Source of the DNA: Chryseobacterium sp.
Lineage (GTDB): Bacteria > Bacteroidota > Bacteroidia > Flavobacteriales > Weeksellaceae
DNA length: 64,000 nt
Direction: 5' to 3'
Assembly: GCF_022869225.1 (NCBI RefSeq)
Contig: NZ_JALIHL010000001.1
Location: forward strand, 2,285,721-2,349,720
The number at the start of each line of letters is the position of its first letter. Position 1 is the first letter of the stretch. The position numbers and the translations under genes were made by a program. The notes beneath the pieces are model-generated. The model did not search any database. It had not been told where the DNA came from and saw only the letters and a program-made list of their open reading frames with translations. This document shows positions 38,986 through 48,927 of the stretch, piece by piece.

Positions 38986-39821
38986 CTTAATGAGCTCATA
39001 TTAAAGTTATAAGGAATTAAATAAAGGATCAAAGCTCCGGACATTGCAAAAAAGAAGCTGCCCAAACCTAATACTATAAAAATAAGAAAATGAAATAAAA
39101 TGCCGAGCCCGCATGCCAATATTCTGGCTTCTTTCCTCAAAAACACGGCAATGCTTAAAAAAAGCTCGAGAATCATTGACCCCCAGGTTAATACAAATAC
39201 GGTATATTTATTTTCTACAAGAGGTAAGAGTATGGTTTTCAAATAACCTGGAGCTCCAAAACTACTATGATTGATCCAGTAGTACATAGCGGTTCCATCC
39301 CACCATTCTTCAACGGGGAATTTTCCTACGGCCGCATTGAAATAGAGGACCGCAACCTGAACTTTAATCACGAAAAAAAAAGATTTACCGATAAAGTTTT
39401 TTATTTCTGAAGATTCTTTAATCTGATACAGCCAGTGGTTTTTGCGGTTGTCAAGAACGGTTACCGGAATAAGAAGCAGCGCGATTATAGAACTTATCTG
39501 GTCTCCGCCATCAACAATAATGGCTGAATTTAAAAAACTAAAGGTAACCCACCAGTGGAGTATTCCGGTTATTCTGATACAATAGCCGCTTATCGTAAGA
39601 AGCAGTATCACTATAGACAATGAAATAGACCAATTCAGATTGTCGTAACCGAATAAATGGAATAAATTAAAGCTGTTCCCCATATCTTCTGCCTTAAATG
39701 TCCTCTGCAAAAAAAGATTATCAGGATTGTTGAAAAGAAAGTTGGTAAGAGTTCCCAATGCAATTAATGATCTTCCCATGCCTAACACCGGGGAAAAAGG
39801 AGTGCTTTTATGATTCATCAT
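38934..39821 (-). CDS. sdpB: SdpB-family (HTTM) maturation membrane protein
   Basis: GRSLIALGTL, VDGGDQI, QVAVLYFNAAVGK..EWWDGTAMYYW, FHFLIF. Confidence 0.85.
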   Translation of the reverse strand: MMNHKSTPFSPVLGMGRSLIALGTLTNFLFNNPDNLFLQRTFKAEDMGNSFNLFHLFGYDNLNWSISLSIVILLLTISGYCIRITGILHWWVTFSFLNSAIIVDGGDQISSIIALLLIPVTVLDNRKNHWLYQIKESSEIKNFIGKSFFFVIKVQVAVLYFNAAVGKFPVEEWWDGTAMYYWINHSSFGAPGYLKTILLPLVENKYTVFVLTWGSMILELFLSIAVFLRKEARILACGLGILFHFLIFIVLGLGSFFFAMSGALILYLIPYNFNMSSLRWNTMKNNTLLRAGLKS

Positions 39822-40351
39822 TATATAATTTCAGTAAAACAAACAGTATATTCTTTATTGACCCGGGAAGGATATTTGGACCATGCCCATGGTATCGTAG
39901 GCTGGGTAACAATCATATATTGCCCTTTGTCAAGAGTATTGATCTGCAGGTTTTTTTTGTTGACTTTATTGAAATTTTGCTTTTTAATTTCAAGCTTATT
40001 CAAAGAATTCGTTTTTACCCAGTTGTTTTTTGGAAGAGTAGAAAGCATGGTAGATACATCATATCCAAGCTTTCTACTTTTTCTGGAAAGTCCACATAAA
40101 TTATCTGTCTCAGAATTGAGTGAACTTACTCTTATTGGGGTATTGTTTACTACCTTGTAGATGGTCACCATATCTTCTCTAGGGTTTCTTGTGAAGAATG
40201 ACCATCCTTCAGGCAGTAAAGTCCTGAATGTCTGCTCTATTCCAGGACTTATAGATATGCAAGTTTGTCCTGATAGGCTGCTAACAAATGTAAATACAAG
40301 CAGAAACCCTATAAATACTACTACAATTGATTTTATCAGTATAACTCGCAT
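39821..40351 (-). CDS. sdpA: SdpA-family antimicrobial peptide system protein
   Basis: N-terminal TM, PEGWSFFTRNPRE, GLSRKSR, PTIPWAW. Confidence 0.85.
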   Translation of the reverse strand: MRVILIKSIVVVFIGFLLVFTFVSSLSGQTCISISPGIEQTFRTLLPEGWSFFTRNPREDMVTIYKVVNNTPIRVSSLNSETDNLCGLSRKSRKLGYDVSTMLSTLPKNNWVKTNSLNKLEIKKQNFNKVNKKNLQINTLDKGQYMIVTQPTIPWAWSKYPSRVNKEYTVCFTEII

Positions 40352-40359
40352 CGGTATCC

Positions 40360-41157
40360 TTAATTAATATTTGAAATTTCTAAAACGACCTGCTCTCTGA
40401 TGGTCTGGCTGAAAGAAGATTTCTTAGGACCCCAGAATTTTACTTTAGCATATACCGCAGCATAAGCCATTGCAACCGCTGCAGCATTAACGATCACACC
40501 GTAATTAACGATGGCAACTCCGTCCCAGATGGCTACAGCTACCACGGCAGCTAGCCAAATACACATATTTTTTGAGCTTAGATCCACCTTGTTGGAATTG
40601 GTAACCAGATTTCCTACATCTTTAAGATATTCATTGAGACCGTCTGTGGTATCCAGATTATATTTGGTAATATCTATTTTTTGCTGTACATCATTGATTT
40701 GATTAATTGCTGCCTGATATTTAGGAGAACTGATGATGGCTGCTTCAGCCAGGGTAGCCCCAACATCCATAATATTATCAATATCAGTTAAATTCTTGCT
40801 TTCTACAGCTTTTTTCAGTTGATCAAAATAACCAGGATTCAATGCCTTGATCCCTTCAATGATATCATTGTTGAACTCAAGCTGCCCTTTTTGTGCAGCT
40901 AAAGGCATGGTTGCCACTTGTTTTTTAATATCACTAAAGTGCGGAACTTCGTCAGCCACTTTTCCCTCAAAGAGGAATATTCCCCTGTAATATTCTTCTC
41001 CGGAGTAGTCAACGAACTTTGAAGCTGTTGATGAGCTCTTAACGGATCCATTAGAAGACTGATCTCTCAAACCATCTTCTATTTCACTACTGGCACAGTT
41101 TAAAAAAAGGCCAAAGACTGCATACGCAATCAAAAATCTAAAGATTTTGTTTTCCAT
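40360..41157 (-). CDS. sdpC: SdpC-like toxin precursor (putative lipoprotein)
   Basis: YSGEEYYRGIFL resembles the B. subtilis SdpC pro-region; hydrophobic Ala/Val core C199-W242; position next to sdpA/sdpB. Confidence 0.75.
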   Translation of the reverse strand: MENKIFRFLIAYAVFGLFLNCASSEIEDGLRDQSSNGSVKSSSTASKFVDYSGEEYYRGIFLFEGKVADEVPHFSDIKKQVATMPLAAQKGQLEFNNDIIEGIKALNPGYFDQLKKAVESKNLTDIDNIMDVGATLAEAAIISSPKYQAAINQINDVQQKIDITKYNLDTTDGLNEYLKDVGNLVTNSNKVDLSSKNMCIWLAAVVAVAIWDGVAIVNYGVIVNAAAVAMAYAAVYAKVKFWGPKKSSFSQTIREQVVLEISNIN

Positions 41158-41200
41158 GTTAAAAAGTTTTGGTGTTTAAAAATGTTAATTAGTCTTTACT

Positions 41201-41231
41201 CAAAAATAATAAAATATCTTAAAATAACAAA
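41201..41231 (-). promoter_or_regulatory. Consensus Bacteroidota promoter of the sdp-like operon
   Basis: TTTG (41231-41228), 19 nt, TATTTTTG (41208-41201). Confidence 0.65.
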
Positions 41232-41570
41232 TAAATAATAAAATAATACTAAATAAATTATGTTTTGATTAAAAATATACTTATTATTTAGACATATTGA
41301 TAATCCTTCAAATCCTTTTGCAGAGCGGATTTAAGTCTTTCCAGCGTGATTAATTGTTCCGGTTAAAAATTATTTCGTCTGTTCTAAAAATTGGGAAATT
41401 TCTGTAGAATTTTCGGTTTTTCTCTACCTATTTTTTAACCAAATAGGTTGTATTTATTCTTTCTTTATCCTGATTATTAAAAAAAAGAGGCTGATTATAA
41501 GTGTGTTATTGGTGCTGAATTATCATTTAATCGTGAATAAAATTGTCTTATATTTACAAAAAACACGCCT

Positions 41571-43106
41571 ATGCTGATCAAAATTTATGGAAGCGCAATT
41601 CATGGAGTTGCTGCTCAAACAATTACTATTGAAGTAAATGTAGATACGGGAGGAGTCGGATATCATTTGGTAGGACTTCCTGATAATGCTATCAAAGAAA
41701 GCTGCTACAGGATCTCTGCAGCCCTTAAAAATGTAGGATATAAAATTCCGGGAAAAAAAATTACCATTAATATGGCCCCTGCAGACCTCAGGAAAGAAGG
41801 TTCTGCTTATGATCTGAGTATAGCCATAGGCATTTTGGCTGCTTCAGACCAGATTCAGGCAGAAGAAATTCATCACTATATCATTATGGGTGAGCTTTCT
41901 CTGGATGGAAGTTTACAGCCTATTAAAGGAGTCCTCCCGATTGCCATTCAGGCCCGTGAAGAAGGGTTTAAAGGAATTATCCTTCCGCTTCAGAACGCCC
42001 GTGAGGCAGCTATTGTAAGCGGACTTGATGTATACGGAGTAGAGAACATCAAAGAAGTCATCGACTTTTTTAATGAAGGAAAGCCACTCGGAAAAGTAAT
42101 ATTGGACATCAGGAAAGAGTTTCATGAAAAGATCAATGATTTTCCCTTCGATTTCTCTGAAGTGAAAGGGCAGGAGACGGCCAAAAGAGCAATGGAAGTC
42201 GCTGCAGCCGGAGGGCATAATATTATTCTCATAGGACCTCCCGGAAGCGGAAAAACAATGCTGGCCAAAAGAGTCCCCAGTATTTTACCTCCACTGACAT
42301 TGAAAGAAGCTTTGGAAACAACAAAAATACATTCGGTAGCAGGAAAAATTGGATCAGAAGCTTCTTTAATGACCGTTCGTCCGTTTAGATCACCTCATCA
42401 TACGATTTCAGATGTGGCATTAGTAGGAGGGGGAAGCTACCCCCAGCCGGGAGAAATTTCCCTTGCCCACAATGGAGTCTTGTTCCTGGATGAAATGCCG
42501 GAGTTTAAAAGGACTGTTCTTGAAGTAATGAGACAGCCTTTGGAAGATCGGGAGGTAACTATTTCAAGAGCAAGATTTACCGTAAACTATCCTGCGAGCT
42601 TTATGTTGGTCGCCTCCATGAACCCCAGTCCCAGCGGTTTTTTTCCGGATGATCCCAATAACACGTCCTCTGTATACGAAATGCAGCGGTATATGAACAA
42701 ACTTTCCGGACCTCTCCTGGACCGGATTGATATTCATATAGAAGTTCAGAAGGTTGAATTTGAGCAGCTTTCAGAGAAAAGAAAAGGCGAGAAAAGCAAA
42801 GAGATAAGGGAGCGGGTTTTAAGAGCCAGGGATATTCAGAATGAGCGGTATCAGCATCTTAATATCAGCTGCAACGCCCAAATAGGCCCCAGAGAAATTG
42901 AGGTGTACTGTGAATTGGATACTGCCTCTTTCAGCCTTATCAAACGCGCCATGGAAAAGCTCAATCTTTCTGCCAGGGCATATGATAGGATATTGAAAGT
43001 CGCCAGGACGATAGCTGACCTTGAAGAATCTGAGAATATTCTGTCTTATCATATTTCCGAAGCGATACAATACAGAAGTCTGGACCGGGAATTCTGGAAT
43101 GGATAA
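41571..43106 (+). CDS. comM: YifB/ComM Mg-chelatase-like AAA+ ATPase
   Basis: VGLPDNAIKES, INMAPADLRKEG, GPPGSGKT, PFRSPHHT, SGPLLDRID, LSARAYDRILKVARTIADL. Confidence 0.95.
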   Translation: MLIKIYGSAIHGVAAQTITIEVNVDTGGVGYHLVGLPDNAIKESCYRISAALKNVGYKIPGKKITINMAPADLRKEGSAYDLSIAIGILAASDQIQAEEIHHYIIMGELSLDGSLQPIKGVLPIAIQAREEGFKGIILPLQNAREAAIVSGLDVYGVENIKEVIDFFNEGKPLGKVILDIRKEFHEKINDFPFDFSEVKGQETAKRAMEVAAAGGHNIILIGPPGSGKTMLAKRVPSILPPLTLKEALETTKIHSVAGKIGSEASLMTVRPFRSPHHTISDVALVGGGSYPQPGEISLAHNGVLFLDEMPEFKRTVLEVMRQPLEDREVTISRARFTVNYPASFMLVASMNPSPSGFFPDDPNNTSSVYEMQRYMNKLSGPLLDRIDIHIEVQKVEFEQLSEKRKGEKSKEIRERVLRARDIQNERYQHLNISCNAQIGPREIEVYCELDTASFSLIKRAMEKLNLSARAYDRILKVARTIADLEESENILSYHISEAIQYRSLDREFWNG

Positions 43107-43137
43107 CGGATCCGGACATCTTTTTCTGAGAAAAATT

Positions 43138-44100
43138 TTATACCGTGCCTACTTCCAGATCTATTTTAAGATTGATCGAAAAAGGATCGTTGTATACTTT
43201 GGGAACCCACTGAAACTGATCATTCACCTTATTAATATATCCTATGCCGGGCCATGGAAGATGGGCAGAGCAGATAAGTGTTCTGTTTTTATAACAATTT
43301 TCAAGAACTTTCTTACGGGTTTCAACTCCTGTTTCAAAGTCAATATCCCATTGGGTGCCCCAGTCCGGTTTTGCAATAAGCAGAGGAGAGTGAAAAATAT
43401 CTACCACGTTGGTGATTGATATATTTCCGTCATTCACTGTATAAATAATATGACCTGGAGTATGTCCCGGAGCCGCCTCTGTTTGGATGCATGAGAACAG
43501 CCTATCTCCCATTTCAAATTTTGTAAGTCGGGCATCTATGGCTGAAAAGACTTTCCTAACCAAAGGAATGCTTGGCTTTCCTCCTTCAGGGTTTTTGCTT
43601 TTTTGAAAATCCGGTTCATCATCTGTCCAGAATTCAAATTCCGGGTTGGAAATATAATAATGCGCATTCGGAAATACAAAATCATCATTTTTAGAAAGGA
43701 TCCCACCGATATGGTCTCTGTGAGCATGTGTAATCAGAATATCAGTGATCGAATCTGGAGTAAATCCCGCAGCACTAATGCTATGTAATAGTTTTCCTGC
43801 ATTTTCATCATCATAAAACCCCTCTCCGGTGTCTACTAAAATAGTACGATCATCCGTTTTAACAATCATCACATTGATAGGAGCTTCATAATAAGCCTCG
43901 GATAAATAAAGACTGCGAAGTTCATTTTTTACAAGGTTTTGAGGGATGCCGGGGGCTAAAATAGGCTGGTGATATCCAATGCCAAAATATCCGTCAGAAA
44001 GTATAAAAATATCCAGTTCATTGCATGGAATATGTATGAATCCATGGTCTCTCTTCAGTTTTTGATCCATATTAATAATGAAGGGTGTTTTGTTTTTCAC
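43138..44100 (-). CDS. Metallo-beta-lactamase-fold hydrolase (MPH/AHL-lactonase-like)
   Basis: LVDTG, THAHRDHIGG, APGHTPGH, DIFH, HLPWPG. Confidence 0.88.
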   Translation of the reverse strand: MKNKTPFIINMDQKLKRDHGFIHIPCNELDIFILSDGYFGIGYHQPILAPGIPQNLVKNELRSLYLSEAYYEAPINVMIVKTDDRTILVDTGEGFYDDENAGKLLHSISAAGFTPDSITDILITHAHRDHIGGILSKNDDFVFPNAHYYISNPEFEFWTDDEPDFQKSKNPEGGKPSIPLVRKVFSAIDARLTKFEMGDRLFSCIQTEAAPGHTPGHIIYTVNDGNISITNVVDIFHSPLLIAKPDWGTQWDIDFETGVETRKKVLENCYKNRTLICSAHLPWPGIGYINKVNDQFQWVPKVYNDPFSINLKIDLEVGTV

Positions 44101-44609
44101 AAATTTAGAGAATATTTCAATACATTGATGTCATTACAGGGGTGTGCAGAAGAATTTTGCTTTTTAAATGTGCAATATGTTGTCATTCACTTTTTATTGT
44201 TGCATCTTTTAGAATATCAATTCCGGAATGGGGTACATGATAGTAATTATGTAACGCATGGTTTAAATTATTATGTTAAGTTTGATTACCATATTATCAA
44301 AAATATAACATTATGAAAATAACATCTTCGGATAGTTCTTGATTTTTATTGTCTATAAAATAAAATATTAGCGGTTAAAAGGTGTTTGCTGTATTTTAAT
44401 AATAATTACTCCAAACGCCTGTAAGACCCTGAGTCAGGAATGCCAAGTCTCTGATATAAATTATCAGGAAACACATTTAGTCTATAAACTGTGTCTATTT
44501 TCCATGCCCGTTTGAATCTGTTTGGTAAAGCCATTTCTGTAGCTTTAAATATGACATTACGGATGAAAGGGCAAATGCCAAAAACTTTTAACCAATTTAC
44601 TGTATTATA

Positions 44610-45443
44610 ATGTCAAACACAACACCCACACTGGAAGGATCTTCAGTAGGTTCTGCCGTTTTGCTGTCTGCCGAGGACAGGGAAAAACTTTTACATAGAT
44701 TTAATAAAACCGGATGGGATTACCTGGAAGAGGAAACGCTGGTGTCTCTTTTCCGGAAACAGGCTGACCTTCATCCTGAACATACCGCAGTGGTATGCCG
44801 GGGGCAGTCAGTAACGTATAAAGAACTTGATAAAAGAAGCAATCAGCTGGCCAACCAGCTATTGGAGAAAGGGATAAAAGAAGGAATGTATATTCCGGTA
44901 TGGCTGGACCGTTCGTTAGAATGGGCAGTGGCAATTCTCACAGGGGCAAGCGCGCCTTATCAGTGGTGGTCCGGACTGGTAAAAAATTGTGTGGAATTCA
45001 AATCTTACCCTGCATTAACAGAGCTCAGAGAGGGTCTTATCACAGTAGACTATATGACCAAAGCCATGGCTCATATCACAAAAAATAAAGAAGCAATAGG
45101 TAAAAAATTCAACTTGATTGCCCGCCCGGAAACCAATCTTACCCTTGAAGCATTCTTTGGACTCATGAAAAAATACTATCCGTTCACCTTGAAAGGGCTT
45201 CCTTACAAAGAATGGAGAAAACAATGGGAGGATGACAGCAAAAACCGCCTGTATCCGCTGACCAGCCTTTTCAAAGATAATATGCATGAAGGATTGTCTA
45301 CCGTGGAGCTTCACCAGAATACCTATGTGTGGGACTGTTCCAATGTTATTCAGTTCCTGGAAGGATCAGGGATCAAGGAACCTGTATTTGATAAAAACAT
45401 GCTGGATTCCTATTTGAAGTATCTGGGAATACCGATTTCATAA
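44610..45443 (+). pseudogene. Internally deleted NRPS: adenylation N-terminus fused in frame to thioester-reductase C-terminus
   Basis: A1 motif VTYKELDKRSNQLA..LDRSLE..AIL joins TGASAPYQWW..VDYMTKAM near 44940; no A3-A10 motifs, PCP Ser or Rossmann motif. Confidence 0.8.
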
Positions 45444-45460
45444 CTATTTTGTTTGAATCT

Positions 45461-45491
45461 AAAATCCGGACAGCGGAGCTGTCCGGATTTT
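45461..45491 (+). terminator. Terminator after the NRPS remnant
   Basis: 14-bp stem aaaatccggacagc-gga-gctgtccggatttt. Confidence 0.82.
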
Positions 45492-45782
45492 TTAAGACAA
45501 TATTCTGATAATAAAGAATTAATATGAAAGCATCCGGTAATCATTTTATTTTTTGTCCGGATTCAAGAAAGAGGAAGTTTCCAGATGGCAGGAAAAGCCC
45601 TGCTTTATTTGGAGGATTTTTGCGGACTGATAAGAGTATCTCAGCTTTGTTTCAAATAAAAAGTAATTGTACCGGGTAAATAATACGTCGAGTTTTGTCG
45701 CAACGCCCAAAGATCTTTGCCTGAGACAAAAGGGAGAAATCCATACCGTATTTTGTTTAAAATAAACGATAAAGAATAGTAA

Positions 45783-46076
45783 ATGAATAATTTTATTGTA
45801 TTGGCTAAACATTTTGTAGCTAATGAAAGCGCAGTAGTAGATATTAAGCCGTTCGGATTTGGAAGTACGTTGGGGTCATTGGTATTTCAAAATAAATCCG
45901 GGCAGTCCGCAACATTTTTATGGCAGAAAAACCCGATCCCTGATAGTACGGAGAAAGCAGGATATTTCAAAGAAGTCGCCAATGAATTAGGGGTAAAAAT
46001 AGCTCATTATGATGGTTTCATCACGGTTACCAATGGGGGAGGAGTGCAATATCTGAAAGGAGAAGTAAAGATTTAA
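45783..46076 (+). CDS. Hypothetical protein
   Basis: 97-aa ORF in intergenic space with plausible composition; no motif recognised. Confidence 0.6.
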   Translation: MNNFIVLAKHFVANESAVVDIKPFGFGSTLGSLVFQNKSGQSATFLWQKNPIPDSTEKAGYFKEVANELGVKIAHYDGFITVTNGGGVQYLKGEVKI

Positions 46077-46094
46077 AAGTATAAAAAGAGGATT

Positions 46095-46569
46095 TTAAAT
46101 TCCCTTTTTACCGTCCAGGATCACCTGAATCATTTTAGTCTTTCTGTTTTCCCGTGTTTCCGGCTTTTTGGCCTCTTCGATCCAGCGTATATATTCTTTT
46201 ATGAGTATAGCTCATTTTGTCAAATAGGCATTTGGCATTTGGATTTTCCTTAAAGACTAAGGCAATATCATCTGCAATTTCTACAGTTCTTTCTTCTTTA
46301 TCTTCAGTAAGGGAAACTGAAACCTCATCTCCAAAAGTTTTGCCTAGCTGTCTTCTAATCTCCTGGGTCAAGCCTAGAATATGACAGTCGGTTTTCATTT
46401 TGACAAGACTTCCCCGGTATTCCGCCTTATTGTCAAAAACGGCTTTGATCTTTACCCTTCCTTTAGTATTGAAAAGGTCTCCCGTAGAAAAAGGAAATTC
46501 TATGAAAGCGGCATTCATTGCTCCATGCTGTTTTATAATGGCTGTAAATTCTATAGGGGAAAGGCTCAT
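46095..46569 (-). pseudogene. DUF1905 + YdeI/OmpD-associated protein, frameshifted near the 3' end
   Basis: GRVKIKAVF..YRGSL..IRRQLGK. Correcting the run at 46197-46200 gives SYTHK(K)EYIRWIEEAKKPETRENR, stop at 46095. Confidence 0.8.
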
Positions 46570-46599
46570 GATGGGATATTTCAATATTCAAAAATAAAA

Positions 46600-46626
46600 A
46601 AACCGTGAAAGTAAATTCCACGGTTT
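46600..46626 (-). terminator. Terminator after the S46 peptidase
   Basis: aaaccgtg..cacggttt hairpin with an A-run on the left. Confidence 0.6.
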
Positions 46627-46646
46627 CAAAAATTGATCAAAAAAGA

Positions 46647-48854
46647 TTATTTTTTCTTTGTTTTCTTAGGAGTTGTTGTAGTTCCTGAGTTTTTAGTTTT
46701 TGTATCAGCCGGAGTGTTTTCACTTCTTACAAGCTTTAATTCATCAACTAATCTTCTTGCACCCGCAAACTTATCAATAGTCCAAAGAACAAAACGAACG
46801 TCTACGTTGATGGTTTTTTGCCATTCAGGTTCAAATACGATATCACCGCTTAATGCTTCGCTGTTTCCGTCAAAAGCAATCCCAATAAGGTTTCCGTCCC
46901 CATCAATTACAGGAGAACCAGAGTTCCCACCGGTAATATCATTGTTAGAAAGGAAGTTGACTGGCATATAACCGGCAGCATCAGCATACTGTCCGAAATC
47001 TTTAAGGTTATAAAGGTCGATCACTCTTTGAGGAAGATCGAACTCTTCATCACCTTTCTTGTACTTGCCTACAAGACCAGTCATATCAGTATAGTAATTA
47101 TCTGTAATTCCAAAATAGTTTCTGTCATTTCTGATAGGAAGTTTGTCTACAGTACCATAAGTTAACCTCATTGTAGAGTTAGCATCCGGATAGAATTTTT
47201 TCTCAGGCATAGCCTTTACTAGTCCTGCCAAGAACAGACGGTTGTTTTTCGCAAAATTGTCATCTACCTTCACATATCTTTCATTGCTCATCTTGATATC
47301 AGCAACAATTCCGTTTGCTGTTTTCCAAAGTGGATCAGCATCCAGTTTTAATGCATCAGGATTCAATAAGAAGTTGGTTGCAGAAGTTTTGTTCGCAAAA
47401 ATTGAAGAATAAGCAAGGTTTGAAACGGTTTTAGCATCTAATCCCAGAATGGTAGCAGAAGCCACTTCCGTGTTTTTCACTCTTGCCTGGTAAAGGCTTG
47501 TCATCGCAGCAAGCATTTCTCCTTCCAAAGACGGATTGAAGTTTTCATAAGCCGCTTTAATAGCTGCTTCTGTTTTAGCTTTCATGGCCAGTCTTCCCTG
47601 CATATCCTGAGCAGCATAAGCTTTAAGGGCAGATCCTACCTGTAGAGCAAGGGTCATATATTTTACATTTCTTGAAAACTGGGAAGCATAGTTTCTTTCA
47701 ACATTTCTGTCTGAAACCTGTCTGTAGTAAGCATCAATATCTTCCAAAATGCCATCATAAGCATCATTTCCTGGCATTGCAGACCATTTTCTGTAAGTAT
47801 CCTCAATTTTCTGCTTGTCGGAAATCGTTCCGTTTTTATTTACCGCATCAATTGTTCCCTGTCTGTTTTTCCAGTAGTTGGCTACAGAAGCATATTGAGA
47901 AGCATAGTTAAGCTGAGTTGCTTTATCCTTATCCATATACTTTTTCATAACATCCATCGCCACTTTAGAAGCTTCTACCCATGCCGGGTAATCTTTGTTT
48001 ACCATTTGCTGAATTCCGTAAGAAGTCAGGTAACGGTTTGTTCTACCAGGATATCCTAAGATCATAGAGAAATCACCAGGCTTAATTCCTTTAAGAGAAA
48101 CCGGAAGAAAGTGCTTAGGCTTCAAAGGAGTGTTGCTTGGAGAATATTCAGCAGGGTTTCCTGCAGCATCAGCATAAACTCTGAAAACCGTGAAGTCTGC
48201 AGTATGTCTCGGCCACTCCCAGTTATCGGTATCACCTCCAAATTTTCCTAATGAAGAAGGTGGAGCTCCTACTAATCTGATATCTTTATAATCCTGGTAT
48301 ACAAAATAGTAAAATTCATTTCCATTGAAGAAATCTTTTACCATTACAGTATATTTTCCGTTTTCAGAGTTTTCAGTTTGGATGGCTTTGGTTTCAGCAT
48401 CGATAACCGCTTTTCTCTCCGCTCCGGTCATATTGTTGTTTAGCTTAGACGTGATTCTTTGGGTAGCATCATCCATTCTCACTAAAAATCTTACATACAG
48501 ATCTTTTGCGTTGAATTCGTCTTTTTGTTTCATTGCCCAGAAACCATTCTTCAGATAGTCTTTTTCTGGTGTAGAGGCAGCCGCAACAGCGCCGTAACCG
48601 CAGTGGTGGTTGGTAAATATCAGTCCTTTGTCAGAAACAATTTCACCAGTACAGAAACCTCCAAAGCTTACGATCGCATCTTTTAAACTTGAATTGTTTA
48701 CTGAATAAATTTCTTCAGGCGTAAGGTGTAGACCCTCTTTTTGCATGTCAACGCCGTTGAGTCTTTTGATGAGCATTAGCAGCCACATCCCCTCATCCGC
48801 CCTCATTTGAGCAAAGCTCAATAAGAAAGTGAATAGTAGAAATAGTCTTTTCAT
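46647..48854 (-). CDS. dpp7: S46-family dipeptidyl peptidase, DPP7-type
   Basis: DEGMW, FTNHHC, NWEWPRHTADF, ITGGNSGSPV; AFDGN rather than the DRN of Arg-type DPP11. Confidence 0.9.
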   Translation of the reverse strand: MKRLFLLFTFLLSFAQMRADEGMWLLMLIKRLNGVDMQKEGLHLTPEEIYSVNNSSLKDAIVSFGGFCTGEIVSDKGLIFTNHHCGYGAVAAASTPEKDYLKNGFWAMKQKDEFNAKDLYVRFLVRMDDATQRITSKLNNNMTGAERKAVIDAETKAIQTENSENGKYTVMVKDFFNGNEFYYFVYQDYKDIRLVGAPPSSLGKFGGDTDNWEWPRHTADFTVFRVYADAAGNPAEYSPSNTPLKPKHFLPVSLKGIKPGDFSMILGYPGRTNRYLTSYGIQQMVNKDYPAWVEASKVAMDVMKKYMDKDKATQLNYASQYASVANYWKNRQGTIDAVNKNGTISDKQKIEDTYRKWSAMPGNDAYDGILEDIDAYYRQVSDRNVERNYASQFSRNVKYMTLALQVGSALKAYAAQDMQGRLAMKAKTEAAIKAAYENFNPSLEGEMLAAMTSLYQARVKNTEVASATILGLDAKTVSNLAYSSIFANKTSATNFLLNPDALKLDADPLWKTANGIVADIKMSNERYVKVDDNFAKNNRLFLAGLVKAMPEKKFYPDANSTMRLTYGTVDKLPIRNDRNYFGITDNYYTDMTGLVGKYKKGDEEFDLPQRVIDLYNLKDFGQYADAAGYMPVNFLSNNDITGGNSGSPVIDGDGNLIGIAFDGNSEALSGDIVFEPEWQKTINVDVRFVLWTIDKFAGARRLVDELKLVRSENTPADTKTKNSGTTTTPKKTKKK

Positions 48855-48927
48855 TTTATAAAAAATTTTTGTGTCGCTAATTTACTAATTTTTACGAGAT
48901 TCAGTCCCGGATTGGTATGAAAATGGG

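Noticed and set aside
43969-44316. 115-aa plus-strand ORF
   Set aside because: Overlaps the MBL start antisense and lies in AT-rich promoter DNA.
44370-44590. Possible riboswitch upstream of the NRPS remnant (aggtgtttg/caaacgcct hairpin, gagtcagga, gggcaaa)
   Set aside because: Only fragments resemble cobalamin or c-di-GMP-I motifs and the conserved cores are missing; an Infernal/Rfam scan would decide.
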